Shown here in pieces: positions 1 to 10,001 of a stretch of DNA of 64,000 nucleotides (within the stretch, counting starts at the first letter, position 1; every line of letters begins with the position of its first letter). Source of the DNA: Candidatus Hydrogenedentota bacterium (GTDB lineage: Bacteria > Hydrogenedentota > Hydrogenedentia > Hydrogenedentales > SLHB01); assembly GCA_045863335.1 (NCBI GenBank), contig BTVY01000026.1, positions 34,486-98,485 of the forward strand. The letters run 5' to 3'. A program made the position numbers and the translations under genes. Under the pieces are notes generated by a model, which saw only the letters and a program-made list of their open reading frames with translations, ran no database searches and was not told the origin of the DNA.

Positions 1-1065
1 CGAAAACGCTACGGGTACGACCACATGGTCATCAACGGGCGCGAAGACGGCGATTATGAAGAATGGCTGAGCCGCAACGAGCCGGAGGGCAGCGGCGGCT
101 ACTACGGCACGGGGGTCATGCACAACGATTGGACCGCGCGCCCCTGGCACATGCCCGAGGCCTTTCATCAAACCAATTGGACGGTCAACGAAGCGCTGGA
201 ATTCTTGGGCAAACGCGATCCGTCCTGTCCCTACTTCCTGACCGTTTCGTTTCTTGCGCCCCATCCGCCGCTGATTCCTCCAGAGCCGTACATGGACCGC
301 TACCTGCGCACGGAGCTTCCGGAACCGGTGATTGGCGACTGGGCCGAGCCGCCAGAGAATGAGGGTCTCGGCATGGGACAAAGCGCCGGCCGCGTGCAAC
401 TGGAAGGCGACGCGCTACGATCCGCCCGCGCGGCGTATTACGGGCTCATCAATCACATCGACGACCAGATTCATCGGCTGCTGAGTCCGGTGAACGGTCT
501 CGTCGACAACAACACGATCATCGTGTTCACGAGCGATCACGGCGAAATGCTCGGCGACCACTACCTGTGGCGCAAGGTCGTTCCTTACGAGCCTTCGGCG
601 CGCATTCCCTTCCTGATTCGTCCTGCTGCGCAATCCGCCATCACGCCCGGCGCTGTGGTCGATCAGGCCGTTTGCCTGGAAGACATCATGCCCACACTGC
701 TGTCCATGGCCGGAATTGACCCGCCGAACACCATGGATGGAATGGACCTCTCGCCCCTCATGAGAGGCGAGGCCGCCGAGCCGCGTTCCTATCTCCACAT
801 CGAACACGCCCCGGTGCACCACACGCTGACCGACGGCAAGGAGAAGTACATCTGGTTTGTCGCCGATGGCCGGGAACAGTACTTCCGCCTGAGCGACGAC
901 CCGAAGGAACTTCGCGACCTGGTAGGAAAGAACAACCACGCAGACCGCGTGGCCCATTGGCGGCGGCTCCTCGTGAACGAACTGGCAGACCGGCCCGAAG
1001 GATTCTCGGATGGCAACTCCCTGATTCCCGGCGTTGAATACGGTCCTGTCCTTCCCAAGGCTTGA
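1..1065 (+). CDS. Sulfatase (arylsulfatase/choline-sulfatase-like), 5'-truncated by window edge
   Basis: Frame open from base 1. Motifs SFLAPHPP, YYGLINHIDDQI, FTSDHGEMLGDH, PYEPSARIPFLI and EDIMPTLL are typical of the sulfatase family. The N-terminal CxPxR motif lies outside the window. Confidence 0.88.
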   Translation, partial: RKRYGYDHMVINGREDGDYEEWLSRNEPEGSGGYYGTGVMHNDWTARPWHMPEAFHQTNWTVNEALEFLGKRDPSCPYFLTVSFLAPHPPLIPPEPYMDRYLRTELPEPVIGDWAEPPENEGLGMGQSAGRVQLEGDALRSARAAYYGLINHIDDQIHRLLSPVNGLVDNNTIIVFTSDHGEMLGDHYLWRKVVPYEPSARIPFLIRPAAQSAITPGAVVDQAVCLEDIMPTLLSMAGIDPPNTMDGMDLSPLMRGEAAEPRSYLHIEHAPVHHTLTDGKEKYIWFVADGREQYFRLSDDPKELRDLVGKNNHADRVAHWRRLLVNELADRPEGFSDGNSLIPGVEYGPVLPKA

Positions 1066-1081
1066 TAGGCTTGTCGTGTCG

Positions 1082-1216
1082 CCCCCTCCAGCTACCCCGC
1101 GACAGGGGAGATCCTGAACTCGCTTTGGCGCAACCATCGAATTAAATAGTCTCTGGCCCCCGTCCGGCATGGAGATCTTGCTCCCTCCCCGTCTGCGGGG
1201 AGGGCTGGGGGAGGGG
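1082..1216. repeat. Degenerate inverted pair of CCCCTCCCC...GGGGAG REP-like elements
   Basis: 1082-1110 ccccctccagctaccccgcgacaggggag resembles the reverse complement of 1185-1216 ctccccgtctgcggggagggctggggaggggg. Each copy has an internal cccc/gggg hairpin. Confidence 0.55.
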
Positions 1217-1347
1217 GTCTTCAAAATAGATACGAACGCCGCAGAGGAATTCACCTTTTTTGAATCCCGCAGCCCGACTGTGAGAGCGTGTGACGCGTAG
1301 GGCAGAGGAATCGAACCCAGCGCCGTACGCGAAAGGGGGAAAGAATC

Positions 1348-2178
1348 ATGGCCGACATCGAAATTGGACTGAACACGGAGGCATTTCGTCACGCGGACAA
1401 GACCTTGGAGTACTCCCTGGACGCAATCCGCAGGCAGGGTTACCGCTATTGCGAGCTCAACATGCTCAATGGACGCGACCTGCTCTGTGAAGCGGGATAC
1501 TACGGCGCGGTCAGTATGGAGCGCGACCCGCTCGAGATTCGGGATATCGTCAAGGGCTTCGGCCTGAAGGTCAGTGCGGTAAGCGCCCACGCGCCCATGG
1601 CACAGCCGGAGATCAGCGTGCCGTTCCTGACCCGCGCCATCGAGTTCGCCGATGCGGTCGGCGCGACTTGCGTGTGCACGGATGAAGGCATCGTTCCCGA
1701 TTGGATGACCAAGCGCCAGGCCTTCAACATCATCTACTACACCCTCCGCCGGGTGCTTCCCGTCGCGGAACGGCACAAGATTCATATCGCCCTGGAGCCT
1801 CATCAGGTCTATACCGTGAAGTTGAAGACCTACCTGGAGATTCTTGGCCTGGTGGATTCGCCGTACTTCAGTTGCAATCCCGATACCGGAAACGTGTTCA
1901 TGGCCGGCGAGGATCCTTACGCCTTTTTGGAGGCCATCGCCAAGAAAGTCGTCCACGTCCACGCCAAAGACATCGGGGGTGTGATGATGGACGACCGCGG
2001 CAAAGTTACCGGGGTGCCGTCCGGTTGCGCCTGCGGCGAAGGCGTCCTCGATTGGACCCGCATTGTGAAGATACTCCGCAAGGCCAAGTTCAAGGGCGTT
2101 CTCTCCGTGGAATGCAGCTCCGAAGAACAAGGGCGCGCAAGTTTCAAACACCTTCGTAACGTGCTGCGCGCGTCATAG
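1348..2178 (+). CDS. Sugar phosphate isomerase/epimerase (xylose isomerase-like TIM barrel, IolE/AP-endonuclease 2 fold)
   Basis: Metal-ligand motifs ALEPH, NPDTGN, HVHAKD, CGEGVLDW and LSVE; purine-rich RBS upstream. Confidence 0.85.
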   Translation: MADIEIGLNTEAFRHADKTLEYSLDAIRRQGYRYCELNMLNGRDLLCEAGYYGAVSMERDPLEIRDIVKGFGLKVSAVSAHAPMAQPEISVPFLTRAIEFADAVGATCVCTDEGIVPDWMTKRQAFNIIYYTLRRVLPVAERHKIHIALEPHQVYTVKLKTYLEILGLVDSPYFSCNPDTGNVFMAGEDPYAFLEAIAKKVVHVHAKDIGGVMMDDRGKVTGVPSGCACGEGVLDWTRIVKILRKAKFKGVLSVECSSEEQGRASFKHLRNVLRAS

Positions 2179-2205
2179 CGTTCTCGTGATTTTTGTTCTC
2201 CATCT

Positions 2206-2255
2206 TTTGGTCATTCGAACTTGTTTCGGATTTCGTGCTTCGGATTTCGAATTTC
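2206..2255. repeat. Heptamer tandem repeat (TTCGRAT-like)
   Basis: ttcgaac-ttgt-ttcggat-ttcgtgc-ttcggat-ttcgaat-ttc in the intergenic region. Confidence 0.7.
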
Positions 2256-2383
2256 GCGCACGGTTGCGGCCAAATGCCGCGCTGGGCTATTATCGGCTCA
2301 CGGGAACGCCGGGGGTGAAGCCGGTATTGAGATTCAGCTAAACGCATTGGCTGGTTCGTGTTCCGTTCAAGGAAGGACCTGAG

Positions 2384-3493
<1,110 letters not shown>

Positions 3494-3531
3494 TACCTTG
3501 CGCGCAAGTTTTCTTCTCAAAACGATGGGTA

Positions 3532-3622
3532 GAAAAATGGGGACAGTCACCATTTTCCATCTCCGCACCGGGCTTGTTTTCTCAGTGGTCCAGAAGGAAA
3601 ATGGTGGGTGTCCCCATTTTTC
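3532..3622. repeat. 27-bp inverted repeat (GGGGACAGTCACC-type REP-like element)
   Basis: Arms gaaaaatggggacagtcaccattttcc (3532-3558) and ggaaaatggtgggtgtccccatttttc (3596-3622); 2 mismatches, 37-nt spacer. Confidence 0.8.
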
Positions 3623-3640
3623 CCAGATGCGCGCCTCGTC

Positions 3641-4810
3641 ATGAGCATCGATCCCGATTCTGCGGTTCATCTCTTTACCTCCCATTTCGGCGGCAAACCC
3701 GAACTCCTCGCGCGCGCGCCCGGCCGCGTCAACCTCATTGGCGAACATACCGATTACAACGACGGCTACGTCTTGCCCATGGCCATCGACCGGAACACGG
3801 TCATTGCTGCGCGACCCCGGCGCGACCGCGTCCTGCGCATTCACGCCGCCAATTTTGAAGCGACCGGGGAATTCCCGCTCGGCGCGTGGAATCGCTCCGC
3901 GCAATATCCATGGGCCGACTACGTGCTTGGCGTCGCGCAACAGGTCGAGATGCTGGGTAAGCCCCTGCACGGCGCCGACTGCGTTCTCATCGGGGACGTC
4001 CCCATTGGCGCGGGCCTGAGCAGTTCGGCCAGCGTGGAAATGGCGGCGCTGGCGCTCTTTGAAGCGATGGGGGGATTCACGCTAGAGCCGGGCGAAGCGG
4101 CCACCCTCGGGCGCCGGGTCGAGAACGACTTCATCGGCGTCGGCAGCGGTATCATGGACCAATTCATCGTCCGCGCGGGAAAACCCGGGCATGCCCTGTT
4201 TCTCGACTGCCGGTCGCTGCGTTTTGATCACATCCCCATCGCGATGGACGGAGTACTTTTCATTATTGCCGACACGAAGGTCGCACGGGGACTCGCGGGT
4301 TCCGCCTACAACGAGCGGGTCCGCGAGTGCGGCGAAGCGGTCGTATTCCTCAACCGGGCGACCGGAAAGGACACGACGCGCCTGCGTGACTTCTCGATTG
4401 AGGAACTCGAAGGGTGCCGCCAGACCATGCCAGAGACGATTTACCGGCGGGCGCGCCACGTCATCTCCGAGAATGCGCGAACGCAGGACGCTTGCGACGC
4501 GCTTCGCTCAGGCGATGCAACACGGCTCGGCGACCTGTTCAACCGCTCCGACGAGAGCCTGCGGGCCGACTACGAAGTGACCTGCCCGGAACTCGACCTC
4601 ATGACCTCCATCGGACGTTCCCTGGCCGGGTGCTTCGGATGCCGCATGACCGGCGCGGGTTTCGGGGGATGCACCGTCCATCTCGTTTCTGCGGCATGCG
4701 CGGAGGAGTTCTGCGCCGCCCTGCACTGGGAGTACGCTGCTTCCACTGGCATCCAGTCCACGCCAGTGCCCGTAGCGGCGTCCGCGGGCGCCGACTCCAC
4801 CGCTATCTGA
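3641..4810 (+). CDS. galK: Galactokinase
   Basis: APGRVNLIGEHTDYNDG, PIGAGLSSSAS, GIMDQF, RRARHVISEN and RMTGAGFGGC. ATG 3641 preferred because the ORF-track GTG at 3608 lies inside the repeat arm. Confidence 0.95.
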   Translation: MSIDPDSAVHLFTSHFGGKPELLARAPGRVNLIGEHTDYNDGYVLPMAIDRNTVIAARPRRDRVLRIHAANFEATGEFPLGAWNRSAQYPWADYVLGVAQQVEMLGKPLHGADCVLIGDVPIGAGLSSSASVEMAALALFEAMGGFTLEPGEAATLGRRVENDFIGVGSGIMDQFIVRAGKPGHALFLDCRSLRFDHIPIAMDGVLFIIADTKVARGLAGSAYNERVRECGEAVVFLNRATGKDTTRLRDFSIEELEGCRQTMPETIYRRARHVISENARTQDACDALRSGDATRLGDLFNRSDESLRADYEVTCPELDLMTSIGRSLAGCFGCRMTGAGFGGCTVHLVSAACAEEFCAALHWEYAASTGIQSTPVPVAASAGADSTAI

Positions 4811-4869
4811 CCTTCCATTTCACTAAATTACGTGACAATGGCGAGAATTATGTAGCCAAATTGAACTAC

Positions 4870-4967
4870 TTTGAACTCTGAGTAAAAGTCATAAGTAATC
4901 ATATAAAAGGAGTTTACGTTTTCAAATTGAATTTTGATTTGCCTTTTTCGCTTCGTTGCGGCATAAT
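4870..4967 (+). promoter_or_regulatory. Promoter of pilin cassette 1 with a conserved upstream AT-rich motif
   Basis: TTGCCT(4939)-17 nt-CATAAT(4962). The upstream TTTGAACT...TAAG-N6-TATAAAAGGAGTTTACG is also found before cassette 2. Confidence 0.55.
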
Positions 4968-5080
4968 CGGGAAAGACGAAGAAACAGCGCGGGGTTTGTG
5001 GGTATGCGATGATTTTGTCGATTATGTCATGAATTTCCTTTATCGCTAACCGTACGACCACCCCTCGGAGAGATTCGGTT

Positions 5081-5509
5081 ATGGCACCCACGACTTGGAG
5101 AGACGAATCCGGCGTCACCTTGCTGGAACTGACCGTCGCGTCAGGGATTCTGGCCGTGGCGTTGGTGCTTTTGATGGGGGGCCTGGTCTCCATTGCGGAT
5201 ACGAACGAAATCACCGAAAACCAGTCCATGGCCAGTTCCCATCTAGAGAGCGTGATCGAAGAAATCCAGGCCTTGCCATACGACCAGCTTCTCGAGTATC
5301 AGCCGCCGGCGCTGCCGGGATTGGGTGCAACATCCACGGTCCAGGTCGCGGGTATTGATTCTGGTGGAAACCAGGTTCTGTTTCCCGTCGATCCCGCGAC
5401 GCTGGGTACACCGTTGCCAAACCCGACGGAAGTGCAGGTGACCATTACGTGGAACGACGTCCGCGGGCGGCCCTACACCGCGCGCGCGTCGACCCTGTGC
5501 AGGAGGTAG
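5081..5509 (+). CDS. Prepilin-type minor pilin (PilV/GspI-like), cassette 1
   Basis: Class III signal peptide ESG|VTLLELTVASGILAVALVLLMGGL with E5; C-terminal VQVTITWND. Confidence 0.8.
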   Translation: MAPTTWRDESGVTLLELTVASGILAVALVLLMGGLVSIADTNEITENQSMASSHLESVIEEIQALPYDQLLEYQPPALPGLGATSTVQVAGIDSGGNQVLFPVDPATLGTPLPNPTEVQVTITWNDVRGRPYTARASTLCRR

Positions 5510-5511
5510 TC

Positions 5512-6135
5512 ATGCGAGGGCGCAACCACGGTATGACCCTTATCGAACTCATGATCGTTGTGGCCATTTTGACGATCGTGTTGGGAATCTTGTTCGTACT
5601 CGGCGATAACCTTCAGCAATCGGTGGCCGCGCAGGAGGCGCGCGTCACGACACAGGATGATGTGCGCATGGCGATGCAGCGAATCATGCTCGAACTTCGC
5701 CAGAGCGCACGGGCATCCATCCCATGGAACACGCTACCCAACGCGGTCATCACCTACCGCAGGGCCGAAGATGTCGACGGAAATGGTACGGCCGTCGACG
5801 TCGGCGGCTTTCTTGAACTCGGCGCCCAACGAACGATTCAGCGTGACACAAACGACGCCAACGGCGACGGGCGCACGACGACCCAACTGGTGATGATCGA
5901 GGGGAATCAAGTCACCGTTCTCGCGAATGGGCTGCTCGAGAACGAGGACGCGAATGCCGACGGCATTCTCAGCGCGGGCGAAGATAGTAACAACAACGGG
6001 GTCCTGGAGCGCGGGGTGTGGTTCGAGCCGGTCGGGGCCGGACTGCGTATTACGTTGCAGGCGCAACGATCGCCAGGACCAAGGAGCCAGGTGATAACGT
6101 CCCAACTGACGGAGATCGTGGTTCCGAGGAACTGA
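5512..6135 (+). CDS. Prepilin-type minor pilin (PilW/GspJ-like) with DxNxDG Ca-binding-like loops, cassette 1
   Basis: RBS aggagg then MRGRNHG|MTLIELMIVVAIL; EDVDGNG, DANGDG and EDANADG...EDSNNNG loops. Confidence 0.8.
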   Translation: MRGRNHGMTLIELMIVVAILTIVLGILFVLGDNLQQSVAAQEARVTTQDDVRMAMQRIMLELRQSARASIPWNTLPNAVITYRRAEDVDGNGTAVDVGGFLELGAQRTIQRDTNDANGDGRTTTQLVMIEGNQVTVLANGLLENEDANADGILSAGEDSNNNGVLERGVWFEPVGAGLRITLQAQRSPGPRSQVITSQLTEIVVPRN

Positions 6136-6137
6136 CT

Positions 6138-7814
6138 ATGATTAAAAACACCCCCAGACGAGAGGAAGGAATGGCGTTGCTCATTGCGACGATATTCGTC
6201 GCCATCGCTATCCTCATGCTGAGCGCGCTTTCCGTGCGCGTGATTCAACAAAACAACCAGTCCCTTCAGTACAAGCTGTACAACGACGCGTTCACTGGCC
6301 TCGAATCGGCGCTGGCAGAAAGCTGGGTCGAGTTGGAGACGGGGCAGGACGGCATGGTCGGACTTGGTGTGTGGTCGCCGCCCGTCGGCTCGACGGGCCG
6401 GGTGCTGCCCACCTTCGACGACAGCGGCGTGCTGCCCGAAATGAGTTCCACCCAGCCGACCGTCCAGTACATGGCCTATGCCGACGACTGGTCCAGCAAT
6501 GGCGAAGATGACGACGGCGACGGCACTATCGATGACACCGGCGAGAACTTCACCTATACCGTCTACGCGTTCAGCCAGAATCGCGGCATTCAAAGAAACG
6601 TGGAAGTCGTGCTCAAGGGATTCGACGTCAACGTATGGCGCAACGCGATCTTTGCAGGCAACGGCCAGGCCGGAGGGCTTATCAACGGAAACGTCAGCAT
6701 TCACGGCTCCGTCCATTTGCTCGGAAGCAACGTGGTCAATGGGAATACGGTTTTGTCTGCCATCGACCTGAGCGGCACCAGCCTGATTCACAACAATTAT
6801 GTGGGCATTCCGGCAGACTTGGCCGCCCGGATCCCGGCCCTCGATACGGTCCTCTTCGATGGCGAGATGGTCCAAACGCTGGAAGCCAAGTTGCGCGTCA
6901 AGAACGGCCTCGTAGGTATGTCCGGCAACTCGGAAATCGGCGAGCCGAACATCAGCGGAAACACCATCAAGGAAACCATGGATGGTACCTACGTCAGTGA
7001 TGGATGGACAGGCACGTCGGTCAACGACGACGGCGGACGGGGCGACCCCACGAACGTGTGGAGCGACAACGGGTGGGATGACTCGTACGATCTCGGCGAC
7101 AAAGTGCCGATGCCGTTCCTGGCCGATGACTACCGCGAGTTGGGCACGGGAAACACGTACATCAATCCTTCCACGCTAACGAATTACACCCATGGAGAGT
7201 ATTTCGAGCAGGTTCTGGCGGGAACGCCGTACACCGGGAACATGACGATTCAGGCCAACCAGAACTTCTACTACAACGCGACCCGGCCTTCAGAAGTGAA
7301 TCCAGCGGGGCGGCTGGGTACGGATGACTACATTTATTTCGACGCGGCCACAAATCGCATGGAGATCAACGGCCAGATCCAGGTCAACGGCGACCTGGTG
7401 ATTACCCGAGGCGGCGGTAACGACAAGAGCATCGACTACACGGGACGCGCCGCCCTTCTGGTCAAAGGCAATGTCACCCTTGACACGGACCTGCGTTCCA
7501 TGAACGCCAACGGGACCACGGCGAACAGCTTCCCTGCCGCCAATATTCTCGGAATCATGGCAGAGGGCAACATGACCGTCGGTTCGCTTTCACAACTGAC
7601 CCTGATGGGCGCCTTCTACGCGCAGGGGACCGTTCAGTCCTCAAAGCAGACCACGACGATCGGAACCTTTGTCGGCAGTTATTTTGATATGGGAACCAAC
7701 GTTCCCGAGATTTATCAAGTCCCCAGCTTGGCCGATAATCTGCCGCTTGGCATGATCGGCGCTTATCCTATCCTCGTTTTCGACCAAGTCGCCTGGCGTG
7801 AGATTGGCACATGA
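6138..7814 (+). CDS. Large PilX/GspK-like pilin with beta-rich C-terminal domain, cassette 1
   Basis: MIKNTPRREEG|MALLIATIFVAIAILML lacks E5, as is typical of PilX. It has a DDDGDGTIDD loop, a Gly/Asn-rich beta region and a C-terminal AWREI. Confidence 0.75.
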   Translation: MIKNTPRREEGMALLIATIFVAIAILMLSALSVRVIQQNNQSLQYKLYNDAFTGLESALAESWVELETGQDGMVGLGVWSPPVGSTGRVLPTFDDSGVLPEMSSTQPTVQYMAYADDWSSNGEDDDGDGTIDDTGENFTYTVYAFSQNRGIQRNVEVVLKGFDVNVWRNAIFAGNGQAGGLINGNVSIHGSVHLLGSNVVNGNTVLSAIDLSGTSLIHNNYVGIPADLAARIPALDTVLFDGEMVQTLEAKLRVKNGLVGMSGNSEIGEPNISGNTIKETMDGTYVSDGWTGTSVNDDGGRGDPTNVWSDNGWDDSYDLGDKVPMPFLADDYRELGTGNTYINPSTLTNYTHGEYFEQVLAGTPYTGNMTIQANQNFYYNATRPSEVNPAGRLGTDDYIYFDAATNRMEINGQIQVNGDLVITRGGGNDKSIDYTGRAALLVKGNVTLDTDLRSMNANGTTANSFPAANILGIMAEGNMTVGSLSQLTLMGAFYAQGTVQSSKQTTTIGTFVGSYFDMGTNVPEIYQVPSLADNLPLGMIGAYPILVFDQVAWREIGT

Positions 7815-8350
7815 GTGACGTTCAAGACATGGGGTTTCTTCGAAAAAACTGGCATCTGCTTGCCGTATTCGTTGCCGTCGTGGCCGCCATTCCGGTGGTC
7901 GCCCTGAGAGAAAAAGCGCAGCAGCAGAACGCGGCACAGGCCGCTTCCCAGACGATTGATGCAACGGCTGCCCTCGGCGCCAAGTCTCGTATCGAGCCGG
8001 TCGCCCCACGGGATACTCCACGAGACGCGGCCCTGAAGATCATCGAGTCCCACCGGCAGCGGTTTGAGGCGAACCCTCAAAGCGACGAAGCGCCGGCGCT
8101 GCTGAGTGCCATGGGTAATCTCTACCGGCAGCGATTGACCGACTACGGCCAGGCAGCAAGTTGTTTCGAGCGCCTGCTCACGGAGTACCCGGAAGCGGCG
8201 AACACGCGCGATGCGTACCTCCAACTCGTCATTTGCTACGACCGGCTCGGCGACGTCGAGAATCGCCGCCGAGTCCTTCGGCGAATGATGGACGTGTACC
8301 CGCCGGAATCCGAGGAGCACCTGTTCGCGGTCCGGGAACTGGGACTCTAG
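7811..8350 (+). CDS. Membrane-anchored TPR protein
   Basis: N-terminal TM helix and TPR-like segments (ALLSAMGNLY...AASCFERLLTEYPE...AYLQLVICY). ATGA overlap with the upstream pilX-like gene. Confidence 0.75.
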   Translation: MSDVQDMGFLRKNWHLLAVFVAVVAAIPVVALREKAQQQNAAQAASQTIDATAALGAKSRIEPVAPRDTPRDAALKIIESHRQRFEANPQSDEAPALLSAMGNLYRQRLTDYGQAASCFERLLTEYPEAANTRDAYLQLVICYDRLGDVENRRRVLRRMMDVYPPESEEHLFAVRELGL

Positions 8351-8506
8351 GACGCCACGACCTCCGTTCGGCGTGCGGGGCATGGACCCGCCAGCGAATC
8401 GCCAATAGATCCACTCCCGCCCGCGCCATCGAGTCCAAACAACTTCATCTTAGCCCTCTCGCCTGTCACACGACGTATCACAAGACTCCGTCACAAAAGT
8501 AAACTA

Positions 8507-8575
8507 TTGACAAAATATTCAAAATCACACATACTCTCAACCGTATGGTCAATTTCTGTGATTTGTGATTTTGAA
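8507..8575 (+). promoter_or_regulatory. Sigma70-like promoter with its -10 box enclosed by a perfect 12-bp inverted repeat
   Basis: TTGACA(8507)-17 nt-CATACT(8530); IR ttcaaaatcaca (8518-8529) / tgtgattttgaa (8564-8575). Confidence 0.5.
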
Positions 8576-8666
8576 CTAAGGTATAGTTGTAAGCTGTTTT
8601 ATAGAAGGAATTTATGGTTTACCTCGAAATGCCCGCTTTGCAAACCAGCAAAACCTGTGGCACAAT
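8570..8666 (+). promoter_or_regulatory. Promoter of pilin cassette 2 with a conserved upstream AT-rich motif
   Basis: TTTGAACT...TAAG-N6-TATAGAAGGAATTTATG, then TTGCAA(8638)-17 nt-CACAAT(8661) with an extended TG. Spacing matches cassette 1. Confidence 0.55.
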
Positions 8667-8888
8667 TCCCCGTGAGCGCATGCTGGGACCGTGCGCATCC
8701 GTGACTGGGCGATTCGAACTGACAACAGGGATTCGTGCGGAACCTGCCCAAACGCTGGGGGCCATGGCAGGTTTCGCGAATCGTGGAAGTTACGGAGGCG
8801 TAGCGTTCGGGTATGGCGTGCCTGCCCGTGCTTAGGTCTTCCGACGCGAATGCTGCGGAGCGGGGTATGCCCCGGAGGACGTAGAGCA

Positions 8889-9302
8889 ATGCGATTCAAA
8901 CGTTTGCAGGCAAAACACGGCGTGACCCTCCTTGAATTGACCATCGCCATGGCAGTGTTCACGGTCGTTCTGGGGGCGACAGCCCAAGCGCTCATCTCGT
9001 ATTACGTCGCCTTGGACACCCAGAATCAACGCCACACCGCCGTGCGAAACTGCACCGGCATTGTCAGCAACATGCGCGACGTCCGCGACGCAAACCCCGA
9101 AAACTTCCCTGACGCGGTCGTGGCGCTCTGGCCGGACGGCGCCGAAGTGCCAAATGCGGGATCGCTTCCCCAAGAAGTCATCACGGTCGACTACGTCAAT
9201 CCGGCGAGCAATCCCCTGGAAATCACGATACGCAGCCAATGGGTGGATCTACGCGGGCGCCCCGTGTTCCTCGATGTCTCCACCCTGTTGACGGATCGGT
9301 AA
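8889..9302 (+). CDS. Prepilin-type minor pilin (PilV-like), cassette 2
   Basis: RBS ggagg; MRFKRLQAKHG|VTLLELTIAMAVF. Paralogous to 5081-5509 (NPLEITIRSQWVDLRGRP vs NPTEVQVTITWNDVRGRP). Confidence 0.8.
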   Translation: MRFKRLQAKHGVTLLELTIAMAVFTVVLGATAQALISYYVALDTQNQRHTAVRNCTGIVSNMRDVRDANPENFPDAVVALWPDGAEVPNAGSLPQEVITVDYVNPASNPLEITIRSQWVDLRGRPVFLDVSTLLTDR

Positions 9303-9316
9303 TGGAGGTCTTGGGT

Positions 9317-9946
9317 ATGGGAGCAAAGGGATTCACGCTGGTTGAGCTCGTCATCTCCATGGCGATACTTACCATTATCAGCGTGCTAGGTGTTGTAGCC
9401 CTGCGCACGTCGACGACCTCCGTGGCCACCGCGGAGAGCAAGGCCGACGTGCAGGACAACATTCGCGACGCGCTGGCAAGCATGGCCAGGGAACTCCAGA
9501 TGGCCTCGAAAACCGCGGACGATTCCTTGACGCCGCCGCTCGTGGAGGTTGCGGTCAATGCCAATCCGGCCGTGGGCAGCCCGGCGGAACTCGTGTTCCA
9601 GACGCCGCTGAACGGCTCGGGCCGCAGCTGGTCGCAAGTCATCCGGTACCGCCATATCAATGAGGACGCGAACGAGAACGGACGCCTCGACGAAGGCGAA
9701 GATCTCGACGGGGACGGCGTACTGAGCCGCCGCATCCTGCGCATTCAGGATCGTAACGGCGACGGCGACACGACGGACGACGGCGAGCAGATGCCCGTGG
9801 GGGGCGCCAACGATCTGAACAACGTACAGTTCGTCCGTGTTGGGGATATCGTGACGATTACGCTTACGGCGGAAAAGTTCCTGTCCGGCCGCCGCTCGGA
9901 CCCGGTCCGCCTTACGGTTTCATCCGATGTGTATTTGCAGAATTGA
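9317..9946 (+). CDS. Prepilin-type minor pilin (PilW-like) with DxNxNG loops, cassette 2
   Basis: ggagg RBS; MGAKG|FTLVELVISMAIL; EDANENGRLDEGEDLDGDG and DRNGDGD loops. Confidence 0.8.
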   Translation: MGAKGFTLVELVISMAILTIISVLGVVALRTSTTSVATAESKADVQDNIRDALASMARELQMASKTADDSLTPPLVEVAVNANPAVGSPAELVFQTPLNGSGRSWSQVIRYRHINEDANENGRLDEGEDLDGDGVLSRRILRIQDRNGDGDTTDDGEQMPVGGANDLNNVQFVRVGDIVTITLTAEKFLSGRRSDPVRLTVSSDVYLQN

Positions 9947-10001
9947 GGCCGGTGCCGAGCGGACTCTGAACCGGGCATCTTGCCGCAAGGAGGAGATCTC
10001 C

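Noticed and set aside
8658-8673. Sigma54 promoter (TGGCAC) before pilin cassette 2
   Set aside because: The -12 TTGC element is absent; the site fits an extended -10 (TGnCACAAT) better.
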